From contig NIVC01003711.1 in NCBI GenBank assembly GCA_002269645.1, forward strand, positions 17,320 through 81,319: DNA of 64,000 nucleotides, in the 5' to 3' direction. The notes beneath the pieces were generated by a model. The model was not told where the DNA came from. It did no database searches and saw only the letters and a program-made list of their open reading frames with translations. Shown one piece after another: positions 42,723-56,393 of the stretch; the first letter of the stretch is position 1; the number at the start of each line of letters is the position of its first letter. This DNA is from Macrostomum lignano (lineage: Eukaryota). The position numbers and the translations under genes were made by a program.

Positions 42723-44955
42723 ACTCATTCATTCGAATTCAAAATACTCTCTTCAATGTGCCACGTCGGCTACATAGCAACCAAAATCGAGGTGCTTGAC
42801 ACTGGAAGCCGGTTTTCGCTTCCGGCGATAGTAGATAGGACCTTCTGTACTTTAGAAATAAAAACTAAGCAAGCATGTGTTTGTCAAGGTTTTACACACG
42901 CTCCAAATAATAATTCAAAATCTAAATTACGACTTGTAGTTAGCTCAACTTGAAATGCATTGTCATATGGTCTAGCCAACAAGTGAAACAATATAATGAG
43001 AATTTCTGCCATAGACAACTGCCATAGACAAGTTAACGCGTGTAGTCACTGGATTGAACACGATAATTCGATGCTTGACGTTTTTTATTGAAGTCGCTGT
43101 TCCGACTGCCTTACGTTTTGAGTCCACGGAGGTACCGGAGATAAACATTGAGGTCCCCCGCAGAATCCTTATCATCAGATGGTTCGACGATGGCTATCGA
43201 CGTCTCGTTAGTCGCAGACGACGAACTGGCTCCCAGTTCATTTGCCTTTCGCTTGCTGCTAGTTAGGTAACTAAAGAAAGTATGCATGGAAGTATTATTT
43301 AGAATACATACTTGAATACATTTACTTTCAAGTAAAGAATATAATACAAATACGAGTATAAGAACTTACCGCTGGACAGTTTTGCTTTTTGATATCTTCT
43401 CCAAGCGAAAACCAGCTTCATGCAAATAAAAAATGACAATAGGTCGAACGTTGTGCCCGGTATAACGTTTAGCAGACTTAGCAATTTCTGCTTCAGTCAA
43501 GCCAGTAATACAGGGAATACAGGGGTGGGGAATTGAAACAAATGAAGCATGGTGTTGAATGAAGACATTCTAATTTGAGCCAGCGTGCAAGAATGCTTTG
43601 GAAGTCGCCATATGCGTGCAGAAATGCAAGTGTCTATGGTAAAAGCACCTTGAATTTACATGTGCACTCCGTGCGGGAATGTCAATCGTGCAAGAATGTA
43701 ATGCGCAATGTTTCTATATTTAGCATAACAGCCATAGACTACAAGCATAGTCTTCTTTCCATCGTGCAAGAATGTTCAGACTAGCTCGCGCATATTTTTT
43801 CTATGGTTCAAGTCTAACTCCACACCCCCGCTCCACTCTTGTCTACTTTAGCCACACATGTTGGATCAAATAAGACTGCACACGAGGGTTTTTACCATAG
43901 ACGCACAAGTCAAAGTGCTAGATTCCTCCACTGCGACAGCTTTGCAGCTCAGCTCTTTCAGCAGTCCCTCAACTCTTTTTAACCGTTGTACTGGACGAAT
44001 TACCATGGACTAATCATGGATGCTTATCGATTCATCAGCGTGCATCATAATGCTTGTCTGTCGTTGACTGTTGGTTAGCCATACTGTTGGCTATTTAATA
44101 TGGCAATGTGATAGAAGCACGTCTTGCGCGTGCACCATCTCTCCATTGAGCTCTTGGTAGCAAGTGAAACGGGATGTCAGCTTTTTGGTCCCAGTGGGAA
44201 TAAAAAGGGTATTGGGGATATTTTGCAAACTTTAGCCTTTCAAGGAGGGAAGCGGTGGGTTTTCATAAATTTCTCTATCATTGCATTGAGGCTTGAGTTG
44301 TCACGCCTGTCTCTGTGGGTAATTCAAGCTGCATCCAGTAGTAATTTTCCTATAAATATCTCAAGTCCAGGCCAGTGACAGCGATTTGGACCAAACACGC
44401 CTTGGTTTAAAAGCTTAAACGTTGAAAACAAATTAATCTCAATGAATTGAATCTTTAACATCAAACTTCAAAACCTTTGCCCCGTCGCCGTCCTCTCGCT
44501 GTCGGCGACCCCTGTTGCCAAACAAATTCAGAAAATTCTCAATTCACCTGAAAAAATCAATTTCTGCAATCTCAGCAATTTTACCTGCAGTATTCGAGGT
44601 TGAGCCAGCTGAAACTCTGCATGCAAAGTCAAGCAAACAAAGGCTCGGATTGTCACAATGTAAAATCCAACAGAAAATTTCTGACGCCGTGTCCAGAGCG
44701 CTATGGAATCGGCAAGCAGAAAAGCGGTGTTCAAGTCAGCTGACCATCGATCCCCGAGCAAACACCGGCAGCAGCCATGAGCATCAATTTGCGCACCTGC
44801 TGGTTGCCAACAAATTCTGTTGCCAAATGTTTGAACGCCGAGTTGCCAGGTGGTCAAGCAGTCCAGGTTCATAAAAAGCACCCCTGGCCAGCGACCAGAG
44901 TCCATCAAGTCGACTCGATTTCTCACTGCCGGACATCCAGACTCTCTGACTCAAG

Positions 44956-45624
44956 ATGAAGCTGCTGCTGCTGCTCACCGCCCTGGTGGCCACCGCCCTG
45001 GCCTGCGAGAACCCGCCCAGAGAGGGAGCCATCGGAGTGGCCGGTCTCGGCTACCACAACGGCACCTACCTCAAGCTGCTGGGAGGCATCGCCGGCTCCA
45101 AGGAGAAGAAGAAGGTGGCCGCCTACTTCAAGGTGAAGTCCCAGAACTACTCCGGACACCACTACACCATGTTCGACTTCGAGGCCGGCGTCGGCTACTA
45201 CGCCTGGGGCACCAGTGCCGCCAACGCCCGGTGCGTGAAGATCCCCGTGAGCCACGCCAAGTACTTCCTCACCCTGTGCCCCAAGATGTGGCCGAACAAC
45301 CGCGTGGTGGCCCGCTCCACCGTCACCAGCCGCAAGGTGCCCATCAGCGTGCACTGCGGCCGCATGACCAAGGGCGACCTCTCCATCAAGCTGGGCGGCG
45401 TCATCGATGACCGCTGCGTGCCGATCCTCATCAAGAAGAAGTACAGGAAGAACGGCCAGTGCTCCGGCGGTATTCTCTTCTTCTTCGGCTTCCACCAGCC
45501 CAAGGACAAGTACTTCGAGCTGCCCGAGCTGTGCGCCAGCGCCAAGTTCTACAAGCCGAAGCGCGGAGAGGGCAGAAAGCCGTGCAGCGAGAAGACCAAG
45601 GGCCTGCCGACCCCCGACAGCTAA
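44956..45624 (+). CDS. Secreted ependymin-related (EPDR-like) protein, 222 aa, intronless
   Basis: Signal peptide MKLLLLLTALVATALA followed by Cys. The ependymin-like Cys pattern includes ARCVKIP, DDRCVPI and LFFFGF...YFELPELC. There are N-glycosylation sequons NGT and NYS and host-like GC3-rich codons. Family assignment is by motif recall only. Confidence 0.65.
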   Translation: MKLLLLLTALVATALACENPPREGAIGVAGLGYHNGTYLKLLGGIAGSKEKKKVAAYFKVKSQNYSGHHYTMFDFEAGVGYYAWGTSAANARCVKIPVSHAKYFLTLCPKMWPNNRVVARSTVTSRKVPISVHCGRMTKGDLSIKLGGVIDDRCVPILIKKKYRKNGQCSGGILFFFGFHQPKDKYFELPELCASAKFYKPKRGEGRKPCSEKTKGLPTPDS

Positions 45625-47116
45625 ACTGCTGGACTGACCTTGGACTGGGGATTTTCCACTGCAGCAATGCTGAGTACCGGCGTATGGCTGGTTAACTAGC
45701 AGAAATACACGAGACCTGCTGCTGCAGCTGCGAACCGCATTTGCACCATCGTGCTGCCTGAGTTGTCTTTGCCTCATTTTGCTCAACTGTGCTGGATATC
45801 ATATGGCAGTGTTTTGGGATTGCTTGAAGGTTAAATCCAATTGAAAGTTGCAGGGCACTCTGACTGCAGACCTCACAATGATGTCAGTCAAGCATTTAGA
45901 GCATGGTCAAAAAGTTTTGAAATCTACTTGCAGGGAGTATTCGTCATCTCGTTAATTGGTAATTGTGGCTAGCAAGGGGGATTCTGGCTTATTGGCAGCT
46001 CGCTGCTGCTGCATTAAAAGCAGTTTAATAAACAATAAGCCGATTGAGAAAACTTGCTAGGCATAAATTTGGAAACACCAGAAAAAAGTTGATAAAAATC
46101 AAAAGCTGCGACTTTGAGCAACGCTAGTTGAGCTCTGTTTATTCAGCACAATGGAAGACATTGCAAACTGATGAGTTTAAACAAAATAAGAAACTGCTGC
46201 ATATAGTCAATAACGAACAATTAAACAAGGATCTCACTTTATATACTTATTTCAGAAGGAATAATAGTAAGGAAAGCATTGGAACTCTAAAGCAATGACC
46301 AAAAGGAATTAACGATTGCTAAACACTAGCAGTTAAACAAATATCTCACTTTATAAGCTTATTTCAGAAGCAATTAGCATTTAAATTATTGCAGATTTTT
46401 ACAATTATCAAAATATGGCATTTGTATCAGAAGAGATCATAAAGAACATAGAGATGTTGGATTGCTAAAACAATGACCAAAATGAATTAACGTTTACTAA
46501 AATTGTGTTTATTAAATCGGAAACATCGACAGAAAAATTTTCACACAATCGAATAACAGACTCCGAATGTTCAAAAAGTAATTTGAGAACGTACTCAAGC
46601 GGCAGGATGGTGCGCTTTGATACACCCGGGAAACGCAAAACTCTTTACAAATTCAATCAAATATACCATCAAATGTCCAATCAAGTTTCAAATCAAGTAT
46701 CAAATCAAATATCCAATCAAATATTCAATCGCACTGCAGCTTCGCTTGTGCCCTCTGAAAATCCTGACAGAAAAGTTACTCTACCAAAAAATTTCTCCCC
46801 CAAAACTTTTTCTGCGGTTTTTTTGCGGCATTTTTTACTTAAGTTCGGAAGACTTCGGCTTGGTTAAACTGAAGTGTACGAATTTGGTCACATCAGATAG
46901 CTGAATAAATTTCCACAACTCGAGTGTAAAATCACTGGCTTAGGAGCTATTGTAGTGCTGGCAATTAAGCCCCTTGGGCAATTAATACTTATGCTTTTAA
47001 TCCTTGGGCAATTTGATCCCAACTAGTTTCAGCCTGTGACAAAGCAATCGCCTCTGACTTCAAATTCCAATAATCAATCAATTCAGAGTCCAATATCACT
47101 GCCGGTGCCAACTTGC

Positions 47117-49924
47117 TCAGAGGAAGAACAGCCGGTCGCAAATCTGCGGGCTCGGCTCCTCCATCAGATTCTGGCCGACCAGGTACGCCAGCCTGTGGGC
47201 GTAAAGGCAGGGCGCTGGAACACGTATAGTGCCGGGCCAGTTAAAGTACAGGTGGGTCAGCTTGTACGTCAGCTGCTGCACCTGGTCCGGCTTGATGTTG
47301 GCATCATTCATGTCTTCGATGACGTTGTAGTGAGTCGGCGTGACCGTGCCCTGGTTCACGTACTGCGACACCAGGAAGAAGTCCACGAAGTTCGGCATCG
47401 TGATCACGTCGTCCAGCACGGTGCCGGGGGCCGGGTTCCTCAGCTGGCTGCCCAGCTTGCGGAACATGCGAGAGCTGACCAGCTTCTTCACCACAATGGC
47501 CTTGAAGCCGAGGCTGCTCATGCGCTCGCCGTAGATTTTCGACAGCGACTGCTTCAGCTGGAGCAGCTCCGAGTTCTTCACCTGCAAATATGATAACATA
47601 AATTATAATAATGCACTTGGCGCCAATTTCAGACAACTACTTGAGCAAAAGCTCACCTCCTCCAGCATAGAGTCGCCCACACCGTCGCGGTACAGGATGA
47701 TCCGGGTAGGCAGGTCGCCGTTCTTCTCTCTGAATTTCTGCAGGGCCAAGTTGAAGCCGACCTCCAGCCTGTTGTGCAGCTCGGCTTTGCCTCCCTTTAC
47801 GATGGGCGAGTACGAGTAGTACTGGGTGAAGGTCTCGTTCAGCGAGAACACAATGCCTTGCACCGAGACGCTCTGCCGCTTGTCGTGATAAGTGTCCATC
47901 CCGACGATCATTGTGCGCTTCATCGGGATGCTCACAGCCCAGGCAACGCCGCCCAGCTTGCAGGAGATCTGCAGGGCCACCTTCGTGGCAACCGACATCA
48001 CCTTGGCCGGGTTGCGGATAGTCTTGGTCAGGACGCACTGGCTCGGCACCGGCTTGTTTACATAGCACAAACGCTTGATGGAGTCGTAGCGCTGCTTCTT
48101 GTTGCTGGGCAGCAGGCAGAACACCAGGTCCAGGCCTTGGTCGATGTTTTCCTCAATCGTCTTCACCCACAGCTGGTCTCGGTCCTGAGCCACTGCCAGC
48201 ACGTAGGGCTCGCCGAACGACATGCCGAGTGACTGCGAAGCCCGACTCAGCTTCTGGCAGAAGTCGGCGGCCGCCTGCTCGTCTCGCTGGGAGTACACAA
48301 AAATCCAGTTCTTGCAGTTCACCGGCTGAAACATGCCGTTGCCCTTGAGAGCATTGTCCCAGTCAGCGCGCTCAGAGTCCACCCTGATGGGTTTAGTCAT
48401 CTGGACAGTCTCCGGAGCCAGCTGGGGGGCGGTGGCCTCCACAGCGTTGGGCGCTACCGCCAGGCCGAACTCTCCCAGCACCCGCTGGCACTCCCGGTTT
48501 TGGGCCATTGTGCTTGCAAATTTTAGCAGCTTGCCGCACCGAGTTGACGGGTCAATCCGAGTGAAGGTGGCCAGGTCCTTCATCAGGTTTCGGTCGGCCC
48601 GCATCTCATCAGTCAGACCGGTCATAAAGCAAACCTCTGGAGGCAGAAGAACGTTCTCAGCCTGCTCTCGGCGGCCTCCCTTAGTCGGCGGCAGGTCTCG
48701 CTTGCGCGGCTTCGACATCAGAAGCGGCTGCCCACTGTCCGACAAATTGACATTGTACGTCTGGGCGAAGTACTGGGCCAGCGAAATCTCCTCGCTCTGG
48801 CGAGTGCTCTTATTGTACCTGGGGAAGGTCTCAGTTACTCGCTTATCCCATTCGATTGCGTCAATACGGTACGTCTTGTTGTTGTGCCGCGTGAGCACTA
48901 TCTGCCCCACCAAGGCGTCGGTGGCTGCGGCCTGGAAATTGCCGGGATTGCGATTGTACATGTCGTACATCACATCCAGAACCGTGCTCATGTGGATGAT
49001 CTTGTGCGACACGTCAACATGCAGCATCAGAGGTCCGTCAGACGGCTTGATGGCCATCTCGAAACCGGGCCACACCTGGTAAAGGCGATCAAAGTGGAAT
49101 TTTTTGTCAAATTCACAAAGTTAACTGCCACAGCAGAGCAAACCGCTTACCTCCATGCGATGCTGTGGAAGCTTCGTCGCTTGGTTGGGGTAATAAAAGT
49201 TTCTGCCGACCATTTGCATGTTGAGGTGGCTCTGGGTTTTTCCAAGCACTACGTTCATCAAGTGCAACCACTGAGGCGTGTTCTTTTCGATGACGCCAAC
49301 CTGTCTAATTGCAACTTCGCCGCTCCACGACTTGATGCTGGCAGCAAACTTTACTCCCTCGGCAGGCGCCAGGGGCTGCTTGGTGTACAGGCAGCCGCCA
49401 TCGTAAACAAACGGCTTTGGCACCTGCTGGGCATCGTTCAGCAGCTTCTCGCGCAGCGGCTTCGCGCCCAGCATCGGGCGAAAGTCGGCGGCCAGCTGGT
49501 AGGCGCACCATTTGTCCTCGGTGTTGATCCGAACGAAATTCGTCATCACCTGCACCGGGGCTCCGCTGCTGCCCTTCTTGCCCGCAGCTCCCTCGGGCCG
49601 AACATTCGCCATCTGGAAGCGCAGCAGCTTTCGTTGTAGGCCGCCTCGCTCGCCGCTGGCTTCGCCGCCAACTCGCAGGCGGGCCATGCGCTCAGACAGC
49701 TGGCCCGGATCTCCGGCCTGCTGTGCAGCACCGTTACATTCAGCAGCGTGAACCCCAGATGGAGCAGCAACACCAGCTTGAACACTCAGGCCTGGTGGCG
49801 GAGCCGGACAAGCAGCTGCGATGGGGGCAGGGGCTTGGACTGAGCTGGCGCCAGACGTAACCTCCTCAGGGCGAGGGCCTGCGCGCCCTCGAGCCCGACC
49901 ACGGCCTTTAATCTGTTGCGACAT
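47117..49924 (-). CDS. piwi: PIWI-clade Argonaute (~885 aa); exons 49924-49151, 49075-47657, 47581-47117
   Basis: N-terminal GRGRARGRA; PAZ region (VLTRHNNKTYRIDAIEW...YFAQTYNV...QPLL); MID (KQRYDSIKRLC...PSQCV...KVALQISCKLGG); PIWI (GMDTYHD, YRDGVGD, GTVTPTHY, WPGTIRVPAPCLYAHRLA, DRLFFL). Two ~75-bp phase-0 GT-AG introns. Confidence 0.97.
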
Positions 49925-49977
49925 GACAGTTGCTGAAAGACGTGTGCAAAGTACAAAGTGAAAGTGTGATGATACAC

Positions 49978-50573
<596 letters not shown>

Positions 50574-50789
50574 GGGTTGTTACGAGCTGCTTCTAGTAGA
50601 GATTTTGCCGGCTGGCTGTGTCATGGGACTGGCTGGCATTCACCTGCGTGTGGGCAGATCAGCGGGCAATGCTGTACGCATAAGCAGCAGTTATTGCATA
50701 TAGAAGCGCGAAAATCACTGACAGAATCTGCGATAACTGCTTTAATTTGCTTTGCATGCTCACCTGTTGTTCCTTGGTGATCAGCTGTG

Positions 50790-51500
50790 TCTAGATTCTG
50801 CTTCCGTGTCTATATGCTGCTTCCGTGTCTATATGCTGCTTCCATGTCTATATGCTGCTTCCGTGTCTATATGCTGCTTCCGTGTCTATATGCTGCTTCC
50901 ATGTCTATATGCTGCTTCCGTGTCTATATGCTGCTTCCTTGTCTAGATGCTGCTTCTATGTCTATATGCTGCTTCCGTGTCTATATGCTGCTTCCTTGTC
51001 TAGATGCTGCTTCCATGTCTATATGCTGCTTCCGTGTCTATATGCTGCTTCCGTGTCTATATGCTGCTTTCGATTCTAGATGCTGCTTCCGTGTTTAGAT
51101 GCTGCTTCCGTGTCTAGCTGCTGCTTCTGTGTCTAGATGCTGCTTCCGTGTCTAGATGCTGCTTCCGTGTCTATATTCTGCTTCCGTGTCTATATGCTGC
51201 TTCCGTGTCTATATGCTGCTTCCGTGTCTAGGTTCTGCTTCCATGTCTAGATGCTGCTTCCATGTCTATATGCTGCTTCCGTGTCTAGATGCTGCTTCCG
51301 TGTTTAGATGCTGCTTCCGTGTCTAGCTGCTGCTTCCGTGTCTAAATGCTGCTTCCGTGTCTAGATGCTGCTTCCGTGTCTATATGCTGCTTTCGATTCT
51401 AGATGCTGTTTCCGTGTCTAGATGCTGCTTCCGTGTCTAGCTGCTGCTTCCGTGTCTAGATGCTGCTTCCGTGTCTATATGCTGCTTCCGTGTCTAGATG
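50790..51500. repeat. 19-bp minisatellite (TATATGCTGCTTCCGTGTC / TAGATGCTGCTTCCGTGTC)
   Basis: Direct reading. Confidence 0.93.
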
Positions 51501-52854
51501 GTTTTTCCGTAACTGCTTTGTAGATACAACTAGCAATCTAGCGCCCCCCTTCGGGGTGGCCAATAAGCAAGGGACGAATCCTTTAAAATGAAAAAAAATT
51601 CTTAGGGAGGGGGGCTAGGAATCGAATTCTCATTTTAATTCCAGGCTTATGTACCAATAAAACATGTTTGTGCAGAATTTTATAACAGACATTGAAATTC
51701 AACCATACTTGCCTTCTTTCAGAGCTACTTCTACCAGTATGCTTCAGTACGCTACCAGTACCCTTGTAAGCCTTGACATGTCAGCAATCCCCCCCCACAA
51801 GCCTTAACATATCAACTCCCCCCCTTGACATCTCAGCAATGCTCCCACAAGCCTTGAAATCTTAAAAAATCTGTCTATTTTCTAACCCTAACCCTAACCC
51901 TAACCCTAACCCTAAAGCATTGAAATTTCAGTAATTCTCTCTAAGAGTCTATAGCACTACTACAGCATTATAGCGATTCCCTGCAAGCCTCGACATCGTA
52001 GGGATTCCCAAATGAATCTCTTAACTTTGACATGAAGCTTCTTTTTTTTTACATTACGCTTTTTCTATCAGCGATCCCTCCCGTGAGGAGCCAACAAATA
52101 ATGTAATAACTTTTTTCCAATAAACTACATGTAGCTTCTGACATTAGCCTTGACATCTCATTTATTCCCCCGTGAGCCTTGACATCTCAGCTATAGATAG
52201 ATAGATAGATTCCCCTCGTAAGCCTTGACATGTCAGCGATGCCCCCCATAAACCTTGAAATCTAAAAAATCCCCTGTTAACCTTGAAACGCGCTAAAATC
52301 TAACCCTCAACCCAAACCTGACGTAAACCTAACTTTCACCAAACCTAAAGCCTTGAAATCACAGCAATTCTTCTCCCCTAAGCCTTGGCATTTAAGTGAT
52401 TCCTTCTTTAAGAATCACAGCACTATAACGATTCCCTCCAAGCTTTGACATCGTAGCAATTCCCAAATGAATCTTTTAACTTTGACATGACTTTTATTTT
52501 ATGTATACATAGTGCTCCTTTTATTTTTACATTACTCTTCTTCTATCAGCGCCCCCCCACCGTGGCAAGCCAACAAAGAATGCAATAAAAAACTTAAGTA
52601 AAGTACATGTACTTTGAAGTAGCTTCTGACTTTTGCTTTAACATCTCAGAAACCCCCCTGTAATCTCAGTTATTCTCTGTGAGCCTTGACGTCTCAGTGA
52701 TTCTCCCCAGCACAGCACAATAGCTTCATTTAATTTTTACATGACACTTGTTTCATGTCTGACATGACGCTTCTTTTGATTTTTACGTTACGCTTCTTTT
52801 ATTCTTCCATGATGCTTCTTAATTTTTTAAATGACACACTTTCATTAGTTTTTA

Positions 52855-53410
52855 TATGAGGCTTCTATAATTTTTTCATGACGCTTCTATGTTAACATGA
52901 CGCTTCTATGCTTGTTTACATGACGCTTTTATGATTGTTTACATGACGCTTCTATGATTGTTTACATGACGCTTGTATGATTGTTTACATGACGCTTCTA
53001 TGATTTTTTACATGACGCTTCTATGATTTTTACATGACGCTTCTATGATTTTTACATGACGCTTCTATGATTTTTTCATGACGCTTCTATGATTGTTTAC
53101 ATGACGCTTCTATGATTTTTACATGACGCTTCTATGATTTTTTACATGACGCTTCTATGATTGTTTACATGACGCTTGTATGATTTTAACATGACGCTTC
53201 TATGATTGCTTGCATGACGCTTCTATGATTTTTTTATGACGCTTTTATGATTTTAACATGACGCTTCTATAATTTTTTTACATGACGCTTCTATGATTGT
53301 TTACATGACGCTTGTATGATTGTTTACATGACGCTTTTATGATTTTAACATGACGCTTCTATGATTGTTTACATTACGCTTCTATGATTGTTTACATGAC
53401 GCTTCCATAA
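52855..53410. repeat. 22-23-bp minisatellite A (ACATGACGCTTCTATGATT(G)TTT)
   Basis: Direct reading; same family as 58000-61295 and 62995-64000. Confidence 0.93.
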
Positions 53411-53459
53411 TTTTTTTTGTCTTGGCGTTAAAAAGCTTTAATTAAAAAAACTCTACTCT

Positions 53460-53528
53460 CTAAAAATTCGAACCATCGTCCCTGCATTTAGCAGTTTAGT
53501 CTGTTTACCTCTAGGCTAGCTCTCCTCT
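53460..53528 (-). other. tRNA-derived (SINE-head-like) Pol III promoter module, copy 1
   Basis: A-box-like TAGCCTAGAGG (53518-53508) and B-box GGTTCGAAT (53474-53466), with CTGCTAA between them. The acceptor and T stems do not pair. Confidence 0.5.
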
Positions 53529-53569
53529 CATGAATTTTAGTCATTACCCCTAAATAGAAAATATTCCCA

Positions 53570-53812
53570 AGACAGCAAGCATCCCCCCAGTAGCAAGCAT
53601 CCCCTAATACTCCTAGCAAGCATCCACCCAGATAGCAAGCATCTGCAGATAGCAAGCATCTTGCAGATAGCAAGCATCTTGCAGATAGCAAGCATCTTGC
53701 AGATAGCAAGCATACCCCAAATAATGTAGAAGCATCCTTCCAGATAGCAAGCATCCTGCACATAGCAAGAATCCCTAAATAGCAAGCATCCCTGGATAGA
53801 AATAATCCTATA
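53570..53812. repeat. Degenerate 18-bp minisatellite B (GCAGATAGCAAGCATCTT)
   Basis: Direct reading. Confidence 0.8.
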
Positions 53813-53829
53813 CATGTAGCCAAGCTTAT

Positions 53830-56260
53830 CAAGCGCAGTAATCCTTGGCTATCGAGTGCAGTAATCCTTGGTTTATTAATAGCAACAATCCATGGCTTAT
53901 CGAGTGCAGTAATTCTTGGTTTGCCAAGTGCAGTAAGTAATCCTTGGTTTATTAATAGCAATAATCCATGGCTTATCGAGTGCAGTAATCCTTGGTTTAT
54001 TAATAGCAATAATCCTTGGCTTATCGAGTGCAGTAATCCTTGGTTTATTTATAGCAATAATCCTTGATAAATCAAGTGCAGTAATCCTTGGTTTGCCAAG
54101 AGCAATAGTCCTTGGTTTATTGAGTGCAGTAATCCTTGGTTTATTAATAGCAATAATCCTTGGCTTATCGAGTGCAGTAATCCTTGGTTTATTAATAGCA
54201 ATAATCCTTGGCTTATCGAGTGCAGTAATCCTTGGTTTATTAATAGCAATAATCCTTGATAAATCAAGTGCAGTAATCCTTGGTTTGCCAAGAGCAATAG
54301 TCCTTGGTTTATTGAGTGCAGTAATTCATGGTTTATTAATAGCAATAATCCTTGGCTTATCGAGTGCAGTAATCCTTGGTTTGCCAAGTGCAGTAATCCT
54401 TGGTTTATTAATAGCAATAATCCTTGGCTTATCGAGTGCAGTAATCCTTGGTTTATTAATAGCAATAATCCATGGCTTATCGAGTGCAGTAATCCTTGGT
54501 TTGCCAAGAGCAATAGTCCTTGGCTTATCGAGTGCAGTAATCCTTGGTTTGCCAAGTGCAGTAATCCTTGGTTTACAATAATCCTTGGCTTATCGAGTGC
54601 AGTAATCCTTGGTTTATTATTAGCAATAATCCTTGGCTTATCGAGTGCAGTAATCCTTGGTTTATTAATAGCAATAATCCTTGGCTTATCGAGTGCAGTA
54701 ATTCTTGGTTTATTAATAGCAATAATCCATGCCTTATCGAGTGCAGTAATCCTTGGTTTATTAATAGCAATAATCCTTGGCTTATCGAGTGCAGTAATCC
54801 TTGGTTTGCCAAGTGCATAATCCTTGGTTTATTAATAGCAATAATCCTTGGCTTATCGAGTGCAGTAATCCTTGGTTTATTAATAGCAATAATCCATGGC
54901 TTATCGAGTGCAGTAATCCTTGGTTTGCCAAGAGCAATAGTCCTTGGCTTATCGAGTGCAGTAATCCTTGGTTTGCCAAGTGCAGTAATCCTTGGTTTAT
55001 TAATAGCAATAATCCTTGGCTTATCGAGTGCAGTAATCCTTGGTTTATTAATAGCAATAATCCTTGGCTTATCGAGTGCAGTAATCCTTGGTTTGCCAAG
55101 TGCATAATCCTTGGTTTATTAATAGCAATAATCCTTGGTTTATCGAGTGCAGTAATCCTTGGTTTACAATAATCCTTGGCTTATCGAGTGCAGTAATCCT
55201 TGGTTTATTAATAGCAATAATCCATGGCTTATCGAGTGCAGTAATCCTTGGTTTATTAATAGCAATAATCCTTGGCTTATCGAGTGCAGTAATCCTTGGT
55301 TTATTAATAGCAATAATCCATGCCTTATCGAGTGCAGTAATCCTTGGTTTATTAATAGCAATAATCCTTGGCTATCGAGTGCAGTAGTCCTTGGTTTATT
55401 AATAGCAATAATCCTTGATTAATCAAGTGCAGTAATTTTTGGTTTGCCAAGAGCAATAGTCCTTGGTTTATTGAGTGCAGTAATCCTTGGTTTATTAATA
55501 GCAATAATCCTTGGCTTATCGAGTGCAGTAATCCTTGGTTTGCCAAGTGCATAATCCTTGGTTTATTAATAGCAATAATCCTTGGCTTATCGAGTGCAGT
55601 AGTCCTTGGTTTATTAATAGCAATAATCCTTGATTAATCAAGTGCAGTAATTTTTGGTTTGCCAAGAGCAATAGTCCTTGGTTTATTGAGTGCAGTAATC
55701 CTTGGTTTATTAATAGCAATAATCCTTGGCTTATCGAGTGCAGTAATCCTTGGTTTACAATAATCCTTGGCTTATCGAGTGCAGTAATCCTTGGTTTATT
55801 AATAGCAATAATCCTTGGCTTATCGAGTGCAGTAATCCTTGGTTTGCCAAGTGCATAATCCTTGGTTTATTAATAGCAATAATCCTTGGTTTATCGAGTG
55901 CAGTAATCCTTGGTTTACAATAATCCTTGGCTATCGAGTGCAGTAATCCTTGGTTTATTAATAGCAATAATCCTTGGCTTATCGAGTGCAGTAATCCTTG
56001 GTTTATTAATAGCAATAATCCATGGCTTATCGAGTGCAGTAATCCTTGGTTTGCCAAGAGCAATAGTCCTTGGCTTATCGAGTGCAGTAATCCTTGGTTT
56101 GCCAAGTGCAGTAATCCTTGGTTTATTAATAGCAATAGTCCTTGGTTTATTGAGTGCAGTAATCCTTGGTTTATTTAATAGCAATAATCCTTGGCTTATC
56201 GTGTGCAGTATTCCTTGGTTTGCCAAGAGCAATAATCCTTAGCTTATCGAGTGCAGTAAT
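53830..56260. repeat. Minisatellite C: 24-bp monomers in a 48-bp dimeric higher-order repeat (AGTGCAGTAATCCTTGGTTTATTA + ATAGCAATAATCCTTGGCTTATCG) with variants
   Basis: Direct reading; the 16-aa periodicity of the spurious ORFs confirms the 48-bp period. Confidence 0.93.
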
Positions 56261-56329
56261 CTAAGTGTTTTTATTTAGTCCTTTAATAAAAGCTTTTAAT
56301 AAAAAAATTTTTACTACTACTTTTAAACT

Positions 56330-56393
56330 ACTTAGATTCGAACCCAGGTCGCTGCATTAGCAGTCTGGTCTGCTCAGCTCTAGGCTAGCTCTC
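56330..56393 (-). other. tRNA-derived module, copy 2
   Basis: TAGCCTAGAGCT...GACTGCTAAT...GGGTTCGAATC on the minus strand. Confidence 0.5.

Noticed and set aside
43380-44380. Possible decayed transposase/RT between RTN4IP1 and the ependymin-like gene
   Set aside because: Manual translation of the minus strand gave only short stop-interrupted frames with no motif I could recognise.
51885-51915. Chromosome end/telomere
   Set aside because: Only ~5 units, internal, and repeated within each Helitron-like unit.
53460-53528. Functional tRNA-Ser(GCT) genes
   Set aside because: Acceptor, anticodon and T stems do not pair and there is no long variable arm; kept only as a tRNA-derived module.
53488-56242. 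Many Leu/Ile-rich ORFs (LGLLIAIILGLSSAVI etc.) resembling membrane proteins
   Set aside because: Translations of the 24/48-bp satellite.
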